A model generated the notes under the pieces. The model searched no databases, was not told the origin of the DNA, and was given only the letters and a program-made list of their open reading frames with translations. From Isurus oxyrinchus (Eukaryota): DNA of 64,000 bases. A program made the position numbers and the translations under genes. The stretch lies in NCBI GenBank assembly GCA_026770705.1, contig JANJGN010000005.1:16120001-16184000 (forward strand), given 5' to 3'. The stretch's first letter is position 1, and the number at the start of each line of letters is the position of its first letter. Positions 61,284-64,000 of this stretch are shown one piece after another.

Positions 61284-62391
61284 GACACAATGGGACAAAT
61301 GGCCTCCTTCTGCGCCGTGACAATTCTGTGATTCTGTGAACAAATGCAGCTGCAAGAAATTTATTGGGTTGCTATTTTAATGGAAGCAATAAAACATGAA
61401 AACTACATAGGTTAAAACCATTGTTAAAATAGTTATGGCAGCAGTTACCAGAAACTAAATAAAGCTTGAATTAAGTTTCCTCAATTTAAAATTCACAAAA
61501 CGCCTAATGACCCATCCAGCTCAAATGATCTATTGTCTGATTAATTGAAATCTAAGGAGAATGATTTGGACTCTGCCTCCTTTCAAGGGATATGCAAAGC
61601 CATCATAATTCAAGTGTTGAGGGCATGGATCCCGCTGTCTTAGTTAGTTCCCACTAAAGGATTAGGAGGTTCTTTTGAGTGTGGAGGATTTCCTGTGGAA
61701 CAGATTCCCAACACGTTAGCTATTCTTAGAACAAACCCAACTCTCTCCAATTGGGGAAAGAAGGGAGGGAACCTATGTATAGCCTGGAAGTTGACATTTA
61801 TAGGCTGGTAGACTTCTTTAGTCCTCTATTAAGGCTGAACTGTTGTGACAACCTTTTCTATCATAAGCACTGTATAAATCTTGTCATAAGAGATGCATGC
61901 TTTTCCTCACTGCATGAACAGTAATGACATTGAAACCAATAGTTATGTGGACGAGATCCTGCATTCAAAATGGGATTACAAACTGTCATAATTCACTTTC
62001 ACAAATTGGCATTCTAGTTTTTGGCTTCGGCTCATTTTTCCTTGATGCAGGTAATGGAAAAAACCCAACAACCCCAATTCATGAAATTCTGATTGGTTGT
62101 TTTGATTTTCCTAAAGAAAATAAATTTTCTAAGAGACCAGTTGATTGTTTCTTACAATGAGACAGGTCAGAGCAGCTCATTACAGTTTCTATACAAAGCC
62201 ATGGAAATATGGTCAGGTAAGTCGCTGCTTTCTTCCAGTCGCATGGCAGATTTTGGAAAATCAACTTCTGCTATTATAGCATCAGTGCTTACATTAACAA
62301 GTTTATGAAAATTAGTTCAACCACTGTGTAAGAACTAAAAAATTATTATCCATAACCTTGCCATCCATTCTAACAGGCCAATTTTTTTTAC

Positions 62392-62560
62392 ACAAACACA
62401 GAAAATGCTGGAAAAATTCAGCAGGTCTAACAGCATCTGTGAGGGGAGAAAAATGGAGTTAACTTTTCGAGTCCGTATGACTCTTTTTTCTCAGCATTTT
62501 CTCAACATTTTCTATTTTTGTTTCAGATTTCCAGCATCCGCAGTATTTTGCTTTTATCTT
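62392..62560. mobile_element. Penelope-like end in inverted (head-to-head) arrangement
   Basis: Minus-strand pLTR piece (cagaaaatgctggaaaa..gagttaacttttcgagtc) abuts a plus-strand piece (tcagatttccagcatccgcagtattttgc). Confidence 0.65.
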
Positions 62561-63069
62561 AGTGAGCGACTTTTAAAATTCATTTGTGAGATGTAGGTGA
62601 TGCTGGCAACATTTATTGTCCATTCCTAATTAGCCTTGAGAATGTGATGGTGAGTTGCCCACTTGAACCACTGCATGGTGTGGTGTAAATATACCATAGC
62701 GCAGTTAGGTCATGAGATCTGGGATTTTGACCCAGCTCCTTGACCCAGATTCTGAGATGAGGATTAAGGAATAAATCTAATTTAACCAAAGTGATTCATC
62801 ACGTAATAAAAGTTGGTTTTATAATGTAACACTTGCTAGATAGAAATGAGTCACTTGGTCCAAATGGAATGCATCCTAATTTGCTGAAACAAGCAAAGGA
62901 AGATATAGCAGAGGAGCATTGGTCACAATTGTTCAATCCTCATTGGAGATAGGAGTAATGGTAGAGGGCTGGAAGATGCATAATGTTAGACCACTATTCA
63001 AGAAAGGGAGAGGGATAAACCAGGAAACTTCAAGCCCATGAACTGAATATCAGTTATGAGGACAAGTTA

Positions 63070-63735
63070 TTATCAGGGTGTCCTCTGATTCTCAATCCTT
63101 CCACCTCTGGGAACAATTTCTACATATCTATTCGGTCCAGACTCCTCGTGGTTTTCGAACACTTCTGTCAATTCTCCTACTAACCTTCTCTTCTCCAAGG
63201 ATAACACCCCCAGCTTCTACAATTTACCCATGTAACTGAAATACCTCTATTTATTAAAGCCCGTGATCCCATATGTCTTTTTAACCACTTTCTAAATCTG
63301 CCCTTCTACCTTCAACGATTTGTGCAAACATATCCCAGGGTTGCCTGTTCCTGCATCTGCTTTAGCATTGTGCATGTTACTTTATATTATCTCTCCACAT
63401 TCTTCCTACCAAAATGTACCACCTCACACCTCTCTGCGTTAATTTTCATCTTCCATGTGTCTGCCCATTCTACCAGACTGCCTCAGTCCTCTTCAAGCCT
63501 ATCACGATCCTGGATAATCCACAACACTTCCAAGTTTTGTGTCATCTGCAAATTTTGAAGTCGTGCTCTTAATATATACCAAGAAAAGTAGTGGTCCTTT
63601 TACAACCTCTGACAAACCCCATTGTATACCTCTCCCTCCAATCGGAAAAACAACCGTTTACCACTACTCTGTTTCATTTCACTCAGCCAACTTCATACCA
63701 TGCTGCTACTTGCCCTTTTATTCCAAGGGCTAAAC
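63070..63735 (-). mobile_element. Old CR1 RT fragment
   Basis: Reverse complement of FADDTKL (ccaagttttgtgtcatctgcaaa) and KCEVVHFGRKN. Confidence 0.7.
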
Positions 63736-63744
63736 ACCTAAAAG

Positions 63745-63910
63745 AAACAGATTATTTGATTGTTAAAACATTAACTTTTATTGGGACTTCACTGTGTGCA
63801 AACTGGCTGCTGTGCTCCCTTCATTACACCAGTGGCTGCTATTCAAAATTACTTCATTGGCTGTAATATGCTTTGGGTTGTTCTGAGGTCATAAAATGCT
63901 GGTCTTTTTT
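63745..63910 (+). mobile_element. Deu-SINE 3' fragment
   Basis: aaacagattatttg..tgtgcaaactggctgc..acttcattggctgtaa..ctgaggtc. Confidence 0.6.
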
Positions 63911-64000
63911 TCTGCTTTTGCTATCAGATTTGTTGGAAACTGAAGCTGCCAAATTTATGACTTGTATTTTTCCTCCCTCATGATGCATCAGTTAAATATA

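Noticed and set aside
62035-62095. Acceptor-like tttttccttgatgcag as the next VPS13B exon
   Set aside because: The phase 0 frame stops after 13 codons and does not match the expected GDS..SLWMQW peptide. The next exon appears to lie beyond the window.
35640-64000. miR-875/miR-599 cluster known from mammalian VPS13B introns
   Set aside because: From recall, these lie in a more downstream intron, and I could not identify their hairpins here.

Overview
Eukaryotic, repeat-dense intronic DNA, most likely from a cartilaginous fish (shark). This is inferred from the repeat landscape: CR1 and L2 LINEs, Deu-domain SINEs, Penelope ends and Harbinger MITEs. The window lies inside the VPS13B (COH1) gene on the + strand. 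Two coding exons are recognisable, 8113-8333 (221 nt) and 35436-35639 (204 nt). They join in frame (..CSNPQ|VQLLYEL..) across a ~27 kb intron, and the next exon is not found before 64000. Almost all ORFs in the supplied track are transposon remnants or noise. Notable structure: three large PIF/Harbinger elements (one with a transposase and a Myb gene, two Myb-only derivatives); a hairpin-packed ~630 bp Harbinger MITE family present four times in both orientations around the 204-nt exon; a three-layer nest (solo LTR > Harbinger > LINE) with all TSDs readable; a BovB-like RTE fragment; Penelope ends carrying minimal hammerhead-ribozyme motifs; an unexplained 80-bp inverted repeat whose four mismatches are all G.U pairs in the VPS13B pre-mRNA; and a candidate cryptic or terminal exon at 37444. 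I see no firm evidence of a wholly new system. The best leads are the RNA-structure features. Repeat boundaries given without TSDs are approximate.
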